Below, piece after piece: positions 8,922-19,088 of a stretch of 32,000 bases of DNA (the first letter of the stretch is position 1; every line of letters starts with the position of its first letter). Location: NCBI RefSeq assembly GCF_000146505.1, contig NC_017448.1:2160001-2192000 (forward strand), in the 5' to 3' direction. The translations under genes and the position numbers were made by a program. Source of the stretch: Fibrobacter succinogenes subsp. succinogenes S85. GTDB lineage: Bacteria; Fibrobacterota; Fibrobacteria; Fibrobacterales; Fibrobacteraceae. Below the pieces are notes generated by a model that was not told the DNA's origin, did not search any database, and saw only the letters and a program-made list of their open reading frames with translations.

Positions 8922-10103
8922 CTACTTGTTGTAAGTGACGTAAATGATGAACGCAGACGAAATCACACTCAAAAGGGATGCCATGAACAAGGTAAAGTCC
9001 TTGAACGATTCGTAATGGCTCTTCGGGATTTCGATGTAGTCGCCCGGCAAAATCGGATCCGTAGACACATTGATCGGAATGGCTTCAGGCTTTGCACCAC
9101 GCCAGACCCTCACCTGGTTCCAGGATCCCGTAATCGTGTTCACACCGCCCGAGGAGATATAGTCAATCGCATGCCATGTCGGGTTGTAATTGTAACGACC
9201 GATGAAGCTAACAGAACCGCCTAAGTACACAAACAGTTCCTTCACGAAAAACTCAATTTCCGTATTCGGCTCGACCGTTGTCGTCTTCATTTCGGCAAGC
9301 GTAATCCAGCGCGGGTCCTTGTCCGGTTCACGCACACAGACCGACTTGTAGCCAAAGTTGTGCATCCTGTTTGCACCGGCGAGGTCAAAGTAATCCGCAA
9401 GTGTCCTTTCCGGACGGTAAGCGACACTCGTCCTGTATCCTGGGAACAACAACGTAACGTTATCGCCCATCGGCACGAACGGCACAAAAATCTTGTCGCC
9501 CTGTTCAAGCATCACATCATTTTCGAATTCGCCATTCGTCGTCATCGCAGTATAGTTCACATGGATAGTGTCCTTGCCGCGAATCACCTGGACATCTTCC
9601 GTATTCGCATTAGCAAGCGGATTTCCGATCGCACGGATAAACTGGCTAAGTCTCGTCTGCGGATCAACAATATGCTGGCCCACAAGGCCTACGGCACCCA
9701 TCGCATTCACGCGGAACTTCTTCAAAGCCGCAAGCTGCACAAAGCAGAACTCGCGCTTGTAGCGCTTGGAAACAAGGTCAAGGATAAGTCTCTGCGCCTC
9801 GCCAAAAGTCTTTCCGCCCACATGCACGGCACCGCATTCTTCAACAGCCACGCTGCCGTCCGGGTAAATCTGGATAGAAAGGTACTTGTCCTCAAGCATC
9901 AAGTCCAGAAAGTCGCCCGGACCAAGCACGTAATTGGAATCCACCGTCATTTCGGCATACATCGGCGTAAGCGAAGCGGCACCGCGCGTAGATGTACCTT
10001 CACCAAGGACCAGGTTTCTCGCAGTACTCGAGTTGCCGAACATGGATTCCGAAGCAAACACGCACACGCATGCTAAAAGCAGATAAGCTATAAAAGATCG
10101 CAT
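8922..10103 (-). CDS. Polysaccharide export protein (Wza-like; Poly_export + SLBB-type domains)
   Basis: 393 aa with a signal peptide (MRSFIAYLLLACVCVFASES). It carries the GPGDFLDLML...YPDGSV...G.VHVGGKTFGEAQ motif typical of the Poly_export domain, plus a C-terminal hydrophobic helix. Confidence 0.75.
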   Translation of the reverse strand: MRSFIAYLLLACVCVFASESMFGNSSTARNLVLGEGTSTRGAASLTPMYAEMTVDSNYVLGPGDFLDLMLEDKYLSIQIYPDGSVAVEECGAVHVGGKTFGEAQRLILDLVSKRYKREFCFVQLAALKKFRVNAMGAVGLVGQHIVDPQTRLSQFIRAIGNPLANANTEDVQVIRGKDTIHVNYTAMTTNGEFENDVMLEQGDKIFVPFVPMGDNVTLLFPGYRTSVAYRPERTLADYFDLAGANRMHNFGYKSVCVREPDKDPRWITLAEMKTTTVEPNTEIEFFVKELFVYLGGSVSFIGRYNYNPTWHAIDYISSGGVNTITGSWNQVRVWRGAKPEAIPINVSTDPILPGDYIEIPKSHYESFKDFTLFMASLLSVISSAFIIYVTYNK

Positions 10104-10185
10104 ATTACTACAATAGAAAAAGAGATGACAAGTTACCTAATAATACAAAAATTAAAATGAAGAGTAGAACCAAATCATCAGTTAT

Positions 10186-10235
10186 TGGTCATTAGTCATT
10201 GGTTATTTGTCAATGGTCATTGGTCAATAGTCATA
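10186..10235. repeat. Degenerate heptamer tandem array (7 units)
   Basis: Read directly: GGTCATT AGTCATT GGGTTATT TGTCAAT GGTCATT GGTCAAT AGTCATA. It lies between the rplQ terminator and the wza-like gene start. Confidence 0.85.
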
Positions 10236-10241
10236 TAACGC

Positions 10242-10276
10242 AAAAAAAGGCGCGGCATATAAGCCGTGCCTTTTTT
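10242..10276 (-). terminator. Bidirectional Rho-independent terminator after rplQ
   Basis: A7-GGCGCGGC-atataa-GCCGTGCC-T6: an 8 bp stem (one G-U) flanked by an A-run and a T-run. It sits 20 bp downstream of the rplQ stop. Confidence 0.8.
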
Positions 10277-10295
10277 AAAGACCGTTTTTTTGATC

Positions 10296-10769
10296 TTAGT
10301 TAGCGGACTTGCCTTCGCCTTCGACCATGTCAACAGCAGCGTCAGCCTTAGCAGGTTCAGCAGCCTTCTTGGCCTTAGCAACGATTTCGTCTTCGACGAG
10401 ACCGATAAGAGCCATTTCAGCAGCGTCACCGGCGCGGTTCGGGCCGAGCTTCAGCACGCGAGTGTAACCACCGTTGCGGTTAGCATAACGCGGACCGATC
10501 GTGTTGAACAAATCCTGGAGAACCTTCGGGTCCATCACGAAGCGAGCAGCTTCACGACGTGCAGAAAGGTCACCCTTCTTTGCGTAGGTAATCATGCGTT
10601 CTACACAGCTGCGCACAAGCTTAGCCTTGTGGAGAGTGGTACGCACATAGCGCTTGTTCTGATCCGTTTCCATGCCCTTCTCGAGAATAGAAGTCGTGAG
10701 GGCGCGGAGGATGGCACGCTTGTGTTGGGCGTTAACACCCAGTTTCTTGTTTTTTACACCGTGTCTCAT
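10296..10769 (-). CDS. rplQ: 50S ribosomal protein L17
   Basis: 157 aa starting MRHGVKNKKLGVNAQHKRAILRAL..., the last gene after rpoA. It has an Ala/Glu-rich C-terminal extension. Confidence 0.95.
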   Translation of the reverse strand: MRHGVKNKKLGVNAQHKRAILRALTTSILEKGMETDQNKRYVRTTLHKAKLVRSCVERMITYAKKGDLSARREAARFVMDPKVLQDLFNTIGPRYANRNGGYTRVLKLGPNRAGDAAEMALIGLVEDEIVAKAKKAAEPAKADAAVDMVEGEGKSAN

Positions 10770-10771
10770 GT

Positions 10772-11746
10772 TTAATCCTTCAAGTAATCATCGACGTCCA
10801 TGCCAAAAGAAAGGCCCATCGACGTCAACACCTCGTTAAGTTCAACCAAGGACTTCCTACCGAAGTTCTTGTATTTGAGCATATCGTTTTCCTTGTTGCG
10901 AACAAGCTCGCCAATGGTATGGATGTTTGCCATACGGAGGCAGTTGCTGGAGCGAACGGAAAGTTCCAGATCGTCCACGCGCATACGGAGGAGGTTAGCG
11001 ATACGCTGACGTTCTTCATCCATTTCGAGTTCTTCAGGAGATTCGAGATCGCCTTCGAAGTTGATGAAGATTTCCAAGTGATCCACAAGAAGCTTTGCAG
11101 CGTATGCAAGAGCGTCTTCCGGGTCAATGGAACCGTCTGTTGTAATTTCAAGTTCCAGACGGTTGTAGTCCGTCTTCTGACCAACGCGGGTATCGCTGAT
11201 GTGCATTGCGACTTTCTGAACCGGGTTGAAGTTCGCATCCATGGCGATAACGCCAATCGGAGCGTCCTTGTCCTTAAGTTCGTCGGCAACAACATAACCA
11301 CGACCGCAGGAGATCTTCACGTCCATCGACAAAGAAGCGTTGCCGTTCAATGTCGCAATGTGAACATCCGGAGTCAGGATAGTGACATTTGGATTGTCCA
11401 TAAAGTCCTTGGCCGTGACTTCGCCATCACCGGACATGTCCAGGTGAAGGGTTTCATCATGATCAGACAGGAGCTTTACACGGATGCTCTTGAGGTTCAG
11501 GATAATGTCAGTGACATCTTCCTTCACACCCGGAATCGTCGAAAATTCCTTGTCAACGCCTTCGATTTTCACGGAGACAATAGCCGCACCCTGCAGAGAG
11601 GAGAGGAGCACGCGACGGAGAGCGTTACCGAGGGTAATACCCCAGCCACGTTCCAAGGCTTCTACGACAAACTTGGCGTAGCGGCCATCTTCGCCGGTTT
11701 CCACTTTCTGGAAGCTGCGCGGCATCTGAAGTGATTTCCACATCAT
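10772..11746 (-). CDS. rpoA: DNA-directed RNA polymerase subunit alpha
   Basis: 324 aa with GWGITLGNALRRVLLSSLQGAAI in the N-terminal domain and a C-terminal ELSVRSSNCLRMANIHTIGELV helix-hairpin-helix. Confidence 0.97.
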   Translation of the reverse strand: MMWKSLQMPRSFQKVETGEDGRYAKFVVEALERGWGITLGNALRRVLLSSLQGAAIVSVKIEGVDKEFSTIPGVKEDVTDIILNLKSIRVKLLSDHDETLHLDMSGDGEVTAKDFMDNPNVTILTPDVHIATLNGNASLSMDVKISCGRGYVVADELKDKDAPIGVIAMDANFNPVQKVAMHISDTRVGQKTDYNRLELEITTDGSIDPEDALAYAAKLLVDHLEIFINFEGDLESPEELEMDEERQRIANLLRMRVDDLELSVRSSNCLRMANIHTIGELVRNKENDMLKYKNFGRKSLVELNEVLTSMGLSFGMDVDDYLKD

Positions 11747-11764
11747 TGGCGATACCTCTTTGGA

Positions 11765-12205
11765 TTAAATTCTTCTCTTCTTTTTAGGACGGCAACCATT
11801 GTGCGGAATGCCCGTCACGTCTCGAATAGAGAGAACTTCGAGGCCCGCATTCTTGAGAGCGCGGACGGCAGATTCACGGCCGCCACCAGCACCCTTAACG
11901 CGAACGTCCACCTTGCGCATGCCGAGATCGAATGCCTTGTGGGCAGCGGTTTCAGCGGCGAGCTGGGCTGCAAACGGTGTGCTCTTGCGGGAGCCCTTGA
12001 AACCGGAGTTACCCGGAGAACCCCAAGCGACAACGTTGCCACGAGCGTCGGTGATAGAAACGATTGTATTGTTGAAGGAAGCGAACACGCAGGCGATACC
12101 CTGGATGTCAATGCGCTTCTTGCCCTTCTTGATCTTGACTTCTTCAGCAGCAGCCGGAGCTTCAGCAGCGGCAGCAGCAGTTTCCTTGATTTCTTCTTCA
12201 GCCAC
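11765..12205 (-). CDS. rpsK: 30S ribosomal protein S11
   Basis: 146 aa containing [40 protein letters not shown], with an Ala/Glu-rich N-terminal extension. Confidence 0.96.
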   Translation of the reverse strand: MAEEEIKETAAAAAEAPAAAEEVKIKKGKKRIDIQGIACVFASFNNTIVSITDARGNVVAWGSPGNSGFKGSRKSTPFAAQLAAETAAHKAFDLGMRKVDVRVKGAGGGRESAVRALKNAGLEVLSIRDVTGIPHNGCRPKKKRRI

Positions 12206-12216
12206 GATGATACTCC

Positions 12217-12585
12217 TTACTTCTTCTTGTTAGCCACAGTCTTCTTGGGGCCCTTACGTGTGCGGGCGTTGGTGCGGGAACGCTGACCGCGGACCGGGAG
12301 GCCCTTGCGGTGGCGGATGCCGCGATAGCAGCCAATGTCCTGCAAACGCTTGATGTTCAAGGTAACTTCTGCGCGGAGCTGACCTTCCACAGAGTATTCA
12401 TCTTCCAAAAGATGACGAATCTTACCTTGTTCTTCTTCAGTCAGGTCGTCACACTTCTTGTTCTTGTCAATGCCCAACTGAGCACAGACCTTGTTAGCGG
12501 TGAACAGACCGACACCATAGATTGCCGTCAGACCGTATTCAACAGTCTTGTTTTTCGGTAAATCGACACCAGCGATACGTGCCAT
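12217..12585 (-). CDS. rpsM: 30S ribosomal protein S13
   Basis: 122 aa starting [26 protein letters not shown]... Confidence 0.97.
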   Translation of the reverse strand: MARIAGVDLPKNKTVEYGLTAIYGVGLFTANKVCAQLGIDKNKKCDDLTEEEQGKIRHLLEDEYSVEGQLRAEVTLNIKRLQDIGCYRGIRHRKGLPVRGQRSRTNARTRKGPKKTVANKKK

Positions 12586-12594
12586 ACGATCTCC

Positions 12595-12711
12595 TTATCC
12601 CTGCTTCTGCTTGTGACGGGGGTTCTTCGAACAGATGATGCGCAATACACCCTTACGACGGATGATCTTGCAGTTTTCACATCTGGGTTTGATGGAGGCT
12701 TTGATTTTCAT
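12595..12711 (-). CDS. rpmJ: 50S ribosomal protein L36 (zinc-binding type)
   Basis: Too short for the ORF track. Hand translation gives [38 protein letters not shown] (38 aa) with a C-x2-C...C-x4-H motif. It lies between infA and rpsM. Confidence 0.93.
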   Translation of the reverse strand: MKIKASIKPRCENCKIIRRKGVLRIICSKNPRHKQKQG

Positions 12712-12738
12712 AGGTTTGACCTTCTTTTGTAATACCTA

Positions 12739-12957
12739 TTACTTGTAACGGTAAGTAATTCGCCCGCGATTTAAATCGTACGGGGAAATCTCGACCAACA
12801 CTTTGTCGTCCGGCAAGATTCTAATGAAATGCCGGCGCATTTTTCCTGAAACATGGGCGAGAATCTCGTGACCATTTCCGAGTTGAACACGGAAGAAAGC
12901 GTTGGGAAGAGCTTCCAACACAACGCCTTCTACTTGTATACCTTCTTCTTTAGCCAC
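12739..12957 (-). CDS. infA: Translation initiation factor IF-1
   Basis: 72 aa, (M)[40 protein letters not shown]. The start codon is GTG and overlaps the secY TAG stop (TAGTG). Confidence 0.96.
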   Translation of the reverse strand: MAKEEGIQVEGVVLEALPNAFFRVQLGNGHEILAHVSGKMRRHFIRILPDDKVLVEISPYDLNRGRITYRYK

Positions 12958-14318
12958 TAAGATGCCATCCTGCCGCGAATGCGGCCGCGTTTCAAGAAAC
13001 CTTCATAATTTTTGGTATGCAACTGGGCTTCGAGCTGACGAAGAGTATCCAGAGCAACACCCACCACGATCAAGACCGAGGTACCTCCAATATAGAAACT
13101 CATATTGAGAGCGTCTTTCAAATGCAGGGGAACAACGCTGATTAAAGCGAGGTAAAGAGACCCAGGCAAAGAAATTCTGGTCAAAACGTGGTCAATGTAT
13201 TCTGCTGTCTGCTTACCCGGACGGACTCCCGGAATAAACCCACCGCTTCTCTTGAGGTTTTCGGCAATGTCGTTCGGGTTGTACTGGATTGCCGTGTAGA
13301 AGTAGGTGAAGAATATGATGAGGAGGGCATCTACTACGCTGTAGGAGATATGGCCCGGAATAAATGCAGAGGCAAAAGCCTGCATCGCGGACACATTCGG
13401 GAACCAAGATGCAACCATGGCCGGAATGAACATGATGCAAGAGGCAAAGATCACGGGAATCACGTTAGCGGTGTTCACCTTGAAAGGCAAATAGCTAGCC
13501 TGACCACCCAAGACCTTGTTTCCGACAGTCCTGCGAGGACTTTGGAGTGGAATGCGACGGGTCGCCTGCTCGACGAAAACGATAAATCCGACAATGACAA
13601 CCACAATCGCCAAGATAAAGACCTCGATCGCAAGCGGCTGGATGCCTTCATTAAACATTTCCGCTTCGGCCAAGATGGCCCGCGGAAGGCCACCGACGAT
13701 ACCGGCGAAAATTATAAGGGAAATACCGTTACCCACACCGTGCGAGGTAATCTGCTCGCCAAGGTACATCAAGAAGATCGTACCTACGGTGAAGGTTAAC
13801 GTTGCAAGGAGACGAAAGCCTACGTTGCCGAGGCCGGACGAGAAGTTCTCGGAAAGGACCGAGATGCCCGTACCGGCAGCCGTCGTCACCTTGAGGTTAG
13901 AAAGCCACATAGAAATGCCCCATCCCTGCAAGGCGGAAAGGACCACCGTGAAGTATCGGGTATACTGATTCAGCTTAGCGCGACCTTCCTGACCCTCCTT
14001 CTGGAGCATCTGGATGGCCGGGATGACCGAGCCCATCAACTGGAGGATGATGCTTGCGCTAATGTACGGCATGATACCGAGGGCAAATACAGTTGCTTTC
14101 GCAAATGCACCGCCGGTAAACGAGTCGTACAGGCCAAACAGGTTATTCGAATTTTTGAAGTATTCTGCGAGGACCGCAGCGTTAACTCCGGGGATGGAGA
14201 TGTGAGAGCCAATGCGGTAGACGATCAAAAGACCGAGCGTGAAGAGAATCTTCTTGCGCAGTTCCTCAATCTTGAACGCATTGACAAACGCATCGATGGC
14301 TTTCTTGAGTGCTTCCAT
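12957..14318 (-). CDS. secY: Preprotein translocase subunit SecY
   Basis: 453 aa, polytopic, with [21 protein letters not shown] and [14 protein letters not shown] motifs. Confidence 0.97.
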   Translation of the reverse strand: MEALKKAIDAFVNAFKIEELRKKILFTLGLLIVYRIGSHISIPGVNAAVLAEYFKNSNNLFGLYDSFTGGAFAKATVFALGIMPYISASIILQLMGSVIPAIQMLQKEGQEGRAKLNQYTRYFTVVLSALQGWGISMWLSNLKVTTAAGTGISVLSENFSSGLGNVGFRLLATLTFTVGTIFLMYLGEQITSHGVGNGISLIIFAGIVGGLPRAILAEAEMFNEGIQPLAIEVFILAIVVVIVGFIVFVEQATRRIPLQSPRRTVGNKVLGGQASYLPFKVNTANVIPVIFASCIMFIPAMVASWFPNVSAMQAFASAFIPGHISYSVVDALLIIFFTYFYTAIQYNPNDIAENLKRSGGFIPGVRPGKQTAEYIDHVLTRISLPGSLYLALISVVPLHLKDALNMSFYIGGTSVLIVVGVALDTLRQLEAQLHTKNYEGFLKRGRIRGRMAS

Positions 14319-14758
14319 TAGATGATCTCAACTTTGCCGCCAGCAGCTTCAATGGCAGCCTTTGCCTTTTCGCTGATAGCGTTAACCTTTACGTTGATAG
14401 CCTTGTCGATAGAACCAAAAGCGAGGACCTTGACCGGCAGTTCGACGTTCTTGATGAAGCCGAGGTCGAAGAGGACCTTGGCGTCGAAATCAACAGCGCT
14501 AACAGCGGCGAGGCGCTTCAGGTTCACGATCTGGAATTCAACACCAGCGTGCTTGAAGCCGCGCTTCGGGATACGACGGTGAATCGGCATCTGGCCGCCT
14601 TCGAAAGCGACGCGACCGGCCTTAGCGCTCTTACGAGCACCAGCACCCTTCTGACCACGACCGGCAGTTGTGCCCCAGCCAGAGCCCGGACCACGACCGA
14701 TGCGCTTGCGGCTCTTGCCCTTGGCAGCCTTGCCAGGATTGAGAGTATTGAGTTCCAT
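14318..14758 (-). CDS. rplO: 50S ribosomal protein L15
   Basis: 146 aa containing RIGRGPGSGWGTTAGRGQKGAGARK. Confidence 0.96.
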   Translation of the reverse strand: MELNTLNPGKAAKGKSRKRIGRGPGSGWGTTAGRGQKGAGARKSAKAGRVAFEGGQMPIHRRIPKRGFKHAGVEFQIVNLKRLAAVSAVDFDAKVLFDLGFIKNVELPVKVLAFGSIDKAINVKVNAISEKAKAAIEAAGGKVEII

Positions 14759-14759
14759 C

Positions 14760-14939
14760 TTAGATCTCCTCGACCTTGACCATGTCCTTCACGGCATTGA
14801 TCATGCCCTGGATGGACGGAGTCAGATTGTGTTCAACAGTTTGTCCGATCTTGCGGAGACCGAGTGCAGCCACGTTAGCGCGATGCACCGGAAGGCGACG
14901 GACGATACCCTTGATCAAAGTAATACGAACTTTCTTCAT
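14760..14939 (-). CDS. rpmD: 50S ribosomal protein L30
   Basis: Absent from the ORF track. Hand translation gives MKKVRITLIKGIVRRLPVHRANVAALGLRKIGQTVEHNLTPSIQGMINAVKDMVKVEEI* (59 aa). It lies between rpsE and rplO. Confidence 0.92.
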   Translation of the reverse strand: MKKVRITLIKGIVRRLPVHRANVAALGLRKIGQTVEHNLTPSIQGMINAVKDMVKVEEI

Positions 14940-14952
14940 TAGGTATTACTCC

Positions 14953-15447
14953 TTAGGCTTCAAAACCACGCAACTTGGCGCAGTCCTGTTTGTTCTTCTG
15001 AGAAAGCAGGCCTTCCAAGCAAGCGCTGACGACAGTGCTCGGATTGGAGGAACCGTGAATCTTCGTGAGGATGTTGCGGACACCGGCGAGTTCGAGAACT
15101 GCACGGGCAGCAGCACCGGCGATAACACCAGTACCCGGAGCAGCCGGCATGAGGAGGATGCGGGTAGAACCGCTCTTCACTTCGATGTCGTGCGGGATGG
15201 TGCCATCGAGGAGCTGGACTTCCACGATGTTTCTCTGGGCAGCTTCGGTACCCTTACGGATAGCTTCGGAAACTTCCTTAGCCTTGCCGAGACCGACACC
15301 GACCTTGCCGTTCTTGTTGCCGACGACAACGAGAGCGGAGAAGGACATGCGACGGCCGCCCTTGACGGTCTTAGCGCAACGGTTGATGTGTACAACCTTG
15401 TCTTCAAATTCAGAAACTTGAGCTTCGCGTTCCAAAGTGTACCTCAC
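14953..15447 (-). CDS. rpsE: 30S ribosomal protein S5
   Basis: 164 aa with [27 protein letters not shown]. The GTG start overlaps the rplR TAG stop. Confidence 0.96.
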   Translation of the reverse strand: MRYTLEREAQVSEFEDKVVHINRCAKTVKGGRRMSFSALVVVGNKNGKVGVGLGKAKEVSEAIRKGTEAAQRNIVEVQLLDGTIPHDIEVKSGSTRILLMPAAPGTGVIAGAAARAVLELAGVRNILTKIHGSSNPSTVVSACLEGLLSQKNKQDCAKLRGFEA

Positions 15448-15818
15448 TAGAATTTGAGTCCGCCTTCACGAGCTCCCTCAGCGAGAGCCTGAACGCGACC
15501 GTGATAGATGTAACCGCCGCGGTCGAAGACCACGGATTCAATGCCCTTGGACTTGGCGAGTTCAGCAATCTGGAGACCGAGCTGCTTAGCCTGTTCGGTC
15601 TTCGTCATTTCACCAAACTTACCCTGGAATTCCTTGGAAGCTGTGGTGACCTGAGCGACAGACTTGTTGTTTTCGTCATCAAAGATCTGGGCAATCATGT
15701 GAGACAAGGAACGGCGAACAGCCAAACGAGGGCATTCTGCAGTTCCGACAACAGACTTGCGTACGCGTTCGTGGCGTGCGATTCTGGACTGGATTCTTTT
15801 TTTAGCAATTGCAGTCAT
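15447..15818 (-). CDS. rplR: 50S ribosomal protein L18
   Basis: 123 aa with PRLAVRRSLSHMIAQIFDD...VFDRGGYIYHGRVQALAEGAREGGLKF. Confidence 0.96.
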   Translation of the reverse strand: MTAIAKKRIQSRIARHERVRKSVVGTAECPRLAVRRSLSHMIAQIFDDENNKSVAQVTTASKEFQGKFGEMTKTEQAKQLGLQIAELAKSKGIESVVFDRGGYIYHGRVQALAEGAREGGLKF

Positions 15819-15827
15819 AGTTTACCC

Positions 15828-16367
15828 TTATTTACCTGTCTTCTTACCCTGCTTGCGACGCACAATTTCGCCAGCGTACTTGATGCCCTTGCCCTTATAC
15901 GGTTCAGGCTTACGGTACTTGCGAATTTCTGCGGCAGCCTGGCCAACCTTCTGCTTGTCGATGCCGGAGATCGTAATCTTCAGCGGATCAACAGCCTTCA
16001 GTTCAACGCCTTCCGGAGCCTTGAAGATCACCGGATGAGAGAAGCCGAGAACCAAGTTGAGGTCCTTGCCCTTCTGTTCTACGCGGTAGCCAACGCCAAC
16101 GATTTCGAGAGTCTTCTGGAAACCCTTGGTCACGCCTTCGACCATGTTATTGACGAGAGCGCGAGTGGTGCCGTGCATAGCGCGGGTGAACTTTTCATCA
16201 TTCGGGCGGGTGAAGGAGAGCTTGTCGCCATCGAGGTTGATGGAGATGAGTTCGTGAACTGTCGTTTCGAGCTTGCCCTTCGGGCCTTCGACCTTGATGT
16301 TCTGACCGTTGACGTTAACCTTAACGCCAGCCGGGATAGTGATAATAGCTTTACCGATACGGGACAT
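15828..16367 (-). CDS. rplF: 50S ribosomal protein L6
   Basis: The ORF track starts at 16376 (MVKMSRIGK). The canonical L6 N-terminus MSRIGK begins at the ATG at 16367, 2 nt after the rpsH stop. Either start is possible. Confidence 0.94.
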   Translation of the reverse strand: MSRIGKAIITIPAGVKVNVNGQNIKVEGPKGKLETTVHELISINLDGDKLSFTRPNDEKFTRAMHGTTRALVNNMVEGVTKGFQKTLEIVGVGYRVEQKGKDLNLVLGFSHPVIFKAPEGVELKAVDPLKITISGIDKQKVGQAAAEIRKYRKPEPYKGKGIKYAGEIVRRKQGKKTGK

Positions 16368-16369
16368 CT

Positions 16370-16765
16370 TTACCATACCTTTGCGATGACTTCGCCACCC
16401 ACCTTGAGTTCGCGGGCTTCGTGGTCAGTCATGACACCTTTAGATGTGGAGATGATAGCATAGCCGAGGCCGTTGCGAACGCGCGGAAGCTTGGCCACGT
16501 CAACATAGTGACGGAGACCCGGCGTAGAAACGCGCTGGAGGCCCTGGATAGCGGATTCGCCCTTCGTGTAACGGAGGAGGACCTTGAGGATGCCCTGCTT
16601 ACCGTCATCGACGACGACGAACTTCTTAATGAAACCTTTTTCCTGCAACACACGTGCAATATCACGCTTCAGATTGCTGGCAGGAATGTCCACCACGGGG
16701 AGCTTTGCCGTAGAGGCATTGCGGATACGGGTGAGCATATCGGCGATAGTATCTGTCATTGCCAT
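16370..16765 (-). CDS. rpsH: 30S ribosomal protein S8
   Basis: 131 aa starting MAMTDTIADMLTRIRNAS... Confidence 0.96.
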   Translation of the reverse strand: MAMTDTIADMLTRIRNASTAKLPVVDIPASNLKRDIARVLQEKGFIKKFVVVDDGKQGILKVLLRYTKGESAIQGLQRVSTPGLRHYVDVAKLPRVRNGLGYAIISTSKGVMTDHEARELKVGGEVIAKVW

Positions 16766-16777
16766 TTTATACTCTCC

Positions 16778-16963
16778 TTACCAAGACGACTTTGTGATAC
16801 CGGGGATTTCGCCGGCGAGTGCCATTTCGCGGAAGCAAATACGGCAAAGGCCAAAGCGGCGCATAAAGGCGTGCGGCCTACCGCAACGCTTGCAACGGTT
16901 GTACCCACGAACGGTATACTTCGGAGTACGCTTGCATTTTTCAATCATTCTTCTGCTTGCCAT
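16778..16963 (-). CDS. rpsZ: 30S ribosomal protein S14, type Z (zinc-binding)
   Basis: 61 aa with two CxxC pairs (CKRCGRP...CRIC). Confidence 0.95.
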   Translation of the reverse strand: MASRRMIEKCKRTPKYTVRGYNRCKRCGRPHAFMRRFGLCRICFREMALAGEIPGITKSSW

Positions 16964-16972
16964 GGTATTACC

Positions 16973-17512
16973 TTACTTCCTGAAGGGGAGTCCAAGTTCT
17001 TCGAGAAGGGCGCGACCTTCATCGTCCGTCTTAGCGGAGGTGACGAAAGAGATGTCCATACCGAAGGTACGGGAAATCTTGTCAATGTCGATTTCAACAA
17101 AGATCGTCTGTTCCTTGATGCCGAGGGTGAAGTTACCCATGCCATCAAAGCCACGGCGTGCGAGACCACGGAAGTCGCGGACACGCGGAAGGTCGATGTT
17201 GATGAAACGATAGAGGAAGTCCCACATGTTGTCGCCATGAAGTGTGACCTTAGCACCGATGCCGATACCTTCACGGAGGTGGAAGTTAGCGACAGCCTTC
17301 TTAGCGTTAGTGACAATAGCCTTCTGACCGGTGATAGCAGTGAGAGTGTCAGCAGCTTCGTCGAGAATCTTGCGGTTCTGGGAAGCGGCGCCCACGCCCA
17401 TGTTGAGCACGATCTTTTCGAGACGCGGAATCTGCATCACGTTCTTGTAGGCAAACTTTTGCTGCAAGGCCGGAACGACCTTTTCGAGATAGAATTGCTT
17501 CATCTGGTTCAT
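16973..17512 (-). CDS. rplE: 50S ribosomal protein L5
   Basis: 179 aa with [14 protein letters not shown]...[14 protein letters not shown]. Confidence 0.96.
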   Translation of the reverse strand: MNQMKQFYLEKVVPALQQKFAYKNVMQIPRLEKIVLNMGVGAASQNRKILDEAADTLTAITGQKAIVTNAKKAVANFHLREGIGIGAKVTLHGDNMWDFLYRFINIDLPRVRDFRGLARRGFDGMGNFTLGIKEQTIFVEIDIDKISRTFGMDISFVTSAKTDDEGRALLEELGLPFRK

Positions 17513-17521
17513 TGCGTTACC

Positions 17522-17821
17522 TTACACAGCCTTTCCAGTCTTGACACTGGTACGAACGCCCTTCTTACCCTTTTCGCGGACGATGCGGGTACGAACGGGA
17601 GTGTTGCCTTCGAGAAGCATCACGTTGGAAATGTCAATCGGCAATTCCTTTTCAACGATGCCACCAGTCTGATTGGTCTGAGACGGCTTTTCGTGACGCT
17701 TGCGGACGTTGACGCCCGAAACGACCACCTTGCCATCCTTGACGCTGATCACGGTGCCGGTCTTGCCCTTGTCAACACCGGAAATCACCTTGACGTTATC
17801 ATTCTTCTTGATGTTAGCCAT
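17522..17821 (-). CDS. rplX: 50S ribosomal protein L24
   Basis: 99 aa with a KOW-type N-terminus, [20 protein letters not shown]. Confidence 0.95.
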   Translation of the reverse strand: MANIKKNDNVKVISGVDKGKTGTVISVKDGKVVVSGVNVRKRHEKPSQTNQTGGIVEKELPIDISNVMLLEGNTPVRTRIVREKGKKGVRTSVKTGKAV

Positions 17822-18189
17822 TAGAGAACCTCAGGTGCGAGGGAGATGATCTTCATGTACTTCTTGTCGCGGAGCTCACGAGCCACCGGTCCAAAAATAC
17901 GGGTTCCACGCGGTTCGCCATCCTTGTTGATGAGAACCACTGCGTTGTCGGAGAAACGAATGAACGTTCCGTCCGGACGTGCGATTTCTTTAGCTGTGCG
18001 GACGACGACGGCGTCGGCCACGGAACCCTTCTTCACCTTGCTCTGGGGGATAGCGTCCTTAACGGCTACCTTGATGACATCACCGATGCTAGCATAGCGA
18101 CGGTTTGTGCCACCCAAAACACGGATGCAGGCGACTTCCTTGGCACCACTGTTATCGGCCACGACGAGTCTGGTTTCTTCTTGAATCAT
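17821..18189 (-). CDS. rplN: 50S ribosomal protein L14
   Basis: 122 aa starting [27 protein letters not shown]. Confidence 0.97.
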   Translation of the reverse strand: MIQEETRLVVADNSGAKEVACIRVLGGTNRRYASIGDVIKVAVKDAIPQSKVKKGSVADAVVVRTAKEIARPDGTFIRFSDNAVVLINKDGEPRGTRIFGPVARELRDKKYMKIISLAPEVL

Positions 18190-18209
18190 ATTCGCCTTAC
18201 TCCAGGAGT

Positions 18210-18464
18210 TTACTTCTTCTTTTCCACAATGCGGACGAGGCGCCAGCGCTTCGTTGCAGAGAGGGGACGAGTTTCCATGATTTCGACCAAGTCGCCTTCT
18301 TCGGCTTCATTCTTTTCATCGTGAGCCTTGAGCTTGCTGGTCGTAGTCATGATCTTGTTGTACATCGGGTGACGCTTGCGGTTTTCGACCACAACCGTAA
18401 TCGTCTTGTCCATCTTGTCGGAGGAGACGATACCCTGCTTGACTTTACGAAGGTTTCTTTCCAT
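18210..18464 (-). CDS. rpsQ: 30S ribosomal protein S17
   Basis: 84 aa with [29 protein letters not shown]. Confidence 0.95.
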   Translation of the reverse strand: MERNLRKVKQGIVSSDKMDKTITVVVENRKRHPMYNKIMTTTSKLKAHDEKNEAEEGDLVEIMETRPLSATKRWRLVRIVEKKK

Positions 18465-18481
18465 TTCCTGCTCCTGCCGGC

Positions 18482-18673
18482 TTATGCCTTGGCCTTTTCG
18501 CTGAGGATGGTCTTGATTCTGGCGATGTCCTTGCGGGCAGCTTGAATCACAGAGGGTTTTTCCAAATTACCGAGCTTCGCAGTCATGCGGTAATTGAACA
18601 AATCGAGATTCAACTGAGCCAGTTTTTCCTTGAGCTGGTCAACGCCCAGTTCTTTCAATTCACGTGCTTTCAT
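18482..18673 (-). CDS. rpmC: 50S ribosomal protein L29
   Basis: The ORF track extends to 18703. I prefer the ATG at 18673 ([18 protein letters not shown]...), which overlaps the rplP stop as TAATG. Confidence 0.93.
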   Translation of the reverse strand: MKARELKELGVDQLKEKLAQLNLDLFNYRMTAKLGNLEKPSVIQAARKDIARIKTILSEKAKA

Positions 18674-19086
18674 TAGATCTCCGATTCTTCGATGATTTTG
18701 CACTTAAGGGGGAGCTTCTGAATTGCGACATGGAGAGCTTCCATGGCAAGTTCACGTTCAACACCACCCATTTCAAAAAGGATGCGACCCGGGAGGATTA
18801 CGGCTGCCCAGAATTCGACTGCGCCCTTACCCTTACCCATACGGGCTTCTGCAGGGTGACGGGTAATCGGCTTATCGGGGAAGACGCGAATCCACACGCG
18901 ACCACCACGCTTGATCTTACGAGTCATGGCGATACGAGCAGCTTCGATCTGGCGAGCGGTGAGCCAGCACTTTTCAAGAGCCTGGATACCGAATTCGCCA
19001 AAGGCGATATAGTTGCCACGAGAGGCGACGCCCTTCATGCGCCCTTTCATTTGCTTACGATGCAATGTTCTTTTCGGACTCAGCAT
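18673..19086 (-). CDS. rplP: 50S ribosomal protein L16
   Basis: 137 aa with [19 protein letters not shown]...ARMGKGKG. Confidence 0.97.
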   Translation of the reverse strand: MLSPKRTLHRKQMKGRMKGVASRGNYIAFGEFGIQALEKCWLTARQIEAARIAMTRKIKRGGRVWIRVFPDKPITRHPAEARMGKGKGAVEFWAAVILPGRILFEMGGVERELAMEALHVAIQKLPLKCKIIEESEI

Positions 19087-19088
19087 AA

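Noticed and set aside
10186-10235. The heptamer arrays (also 24788-24829 and 30077-30192) considered as CRISPR arrays or phase-variable microsatellites.
   Set aside because: The units are 7 nt with no spacers, so they are not CRISPR. They are also too degenerate for efficient slipped-strand mispairing. I report them as repeats of unknown function instead.
11746-11765. A search for a missed rpsD between rpsK and rpoA, and for adk/map between secY and infA (around 12957).
   Set aside because: The gaps are 18 bp and a 1-nt overlap respectively, which leaves no room for a gene. The genes are truly absent from this locus.
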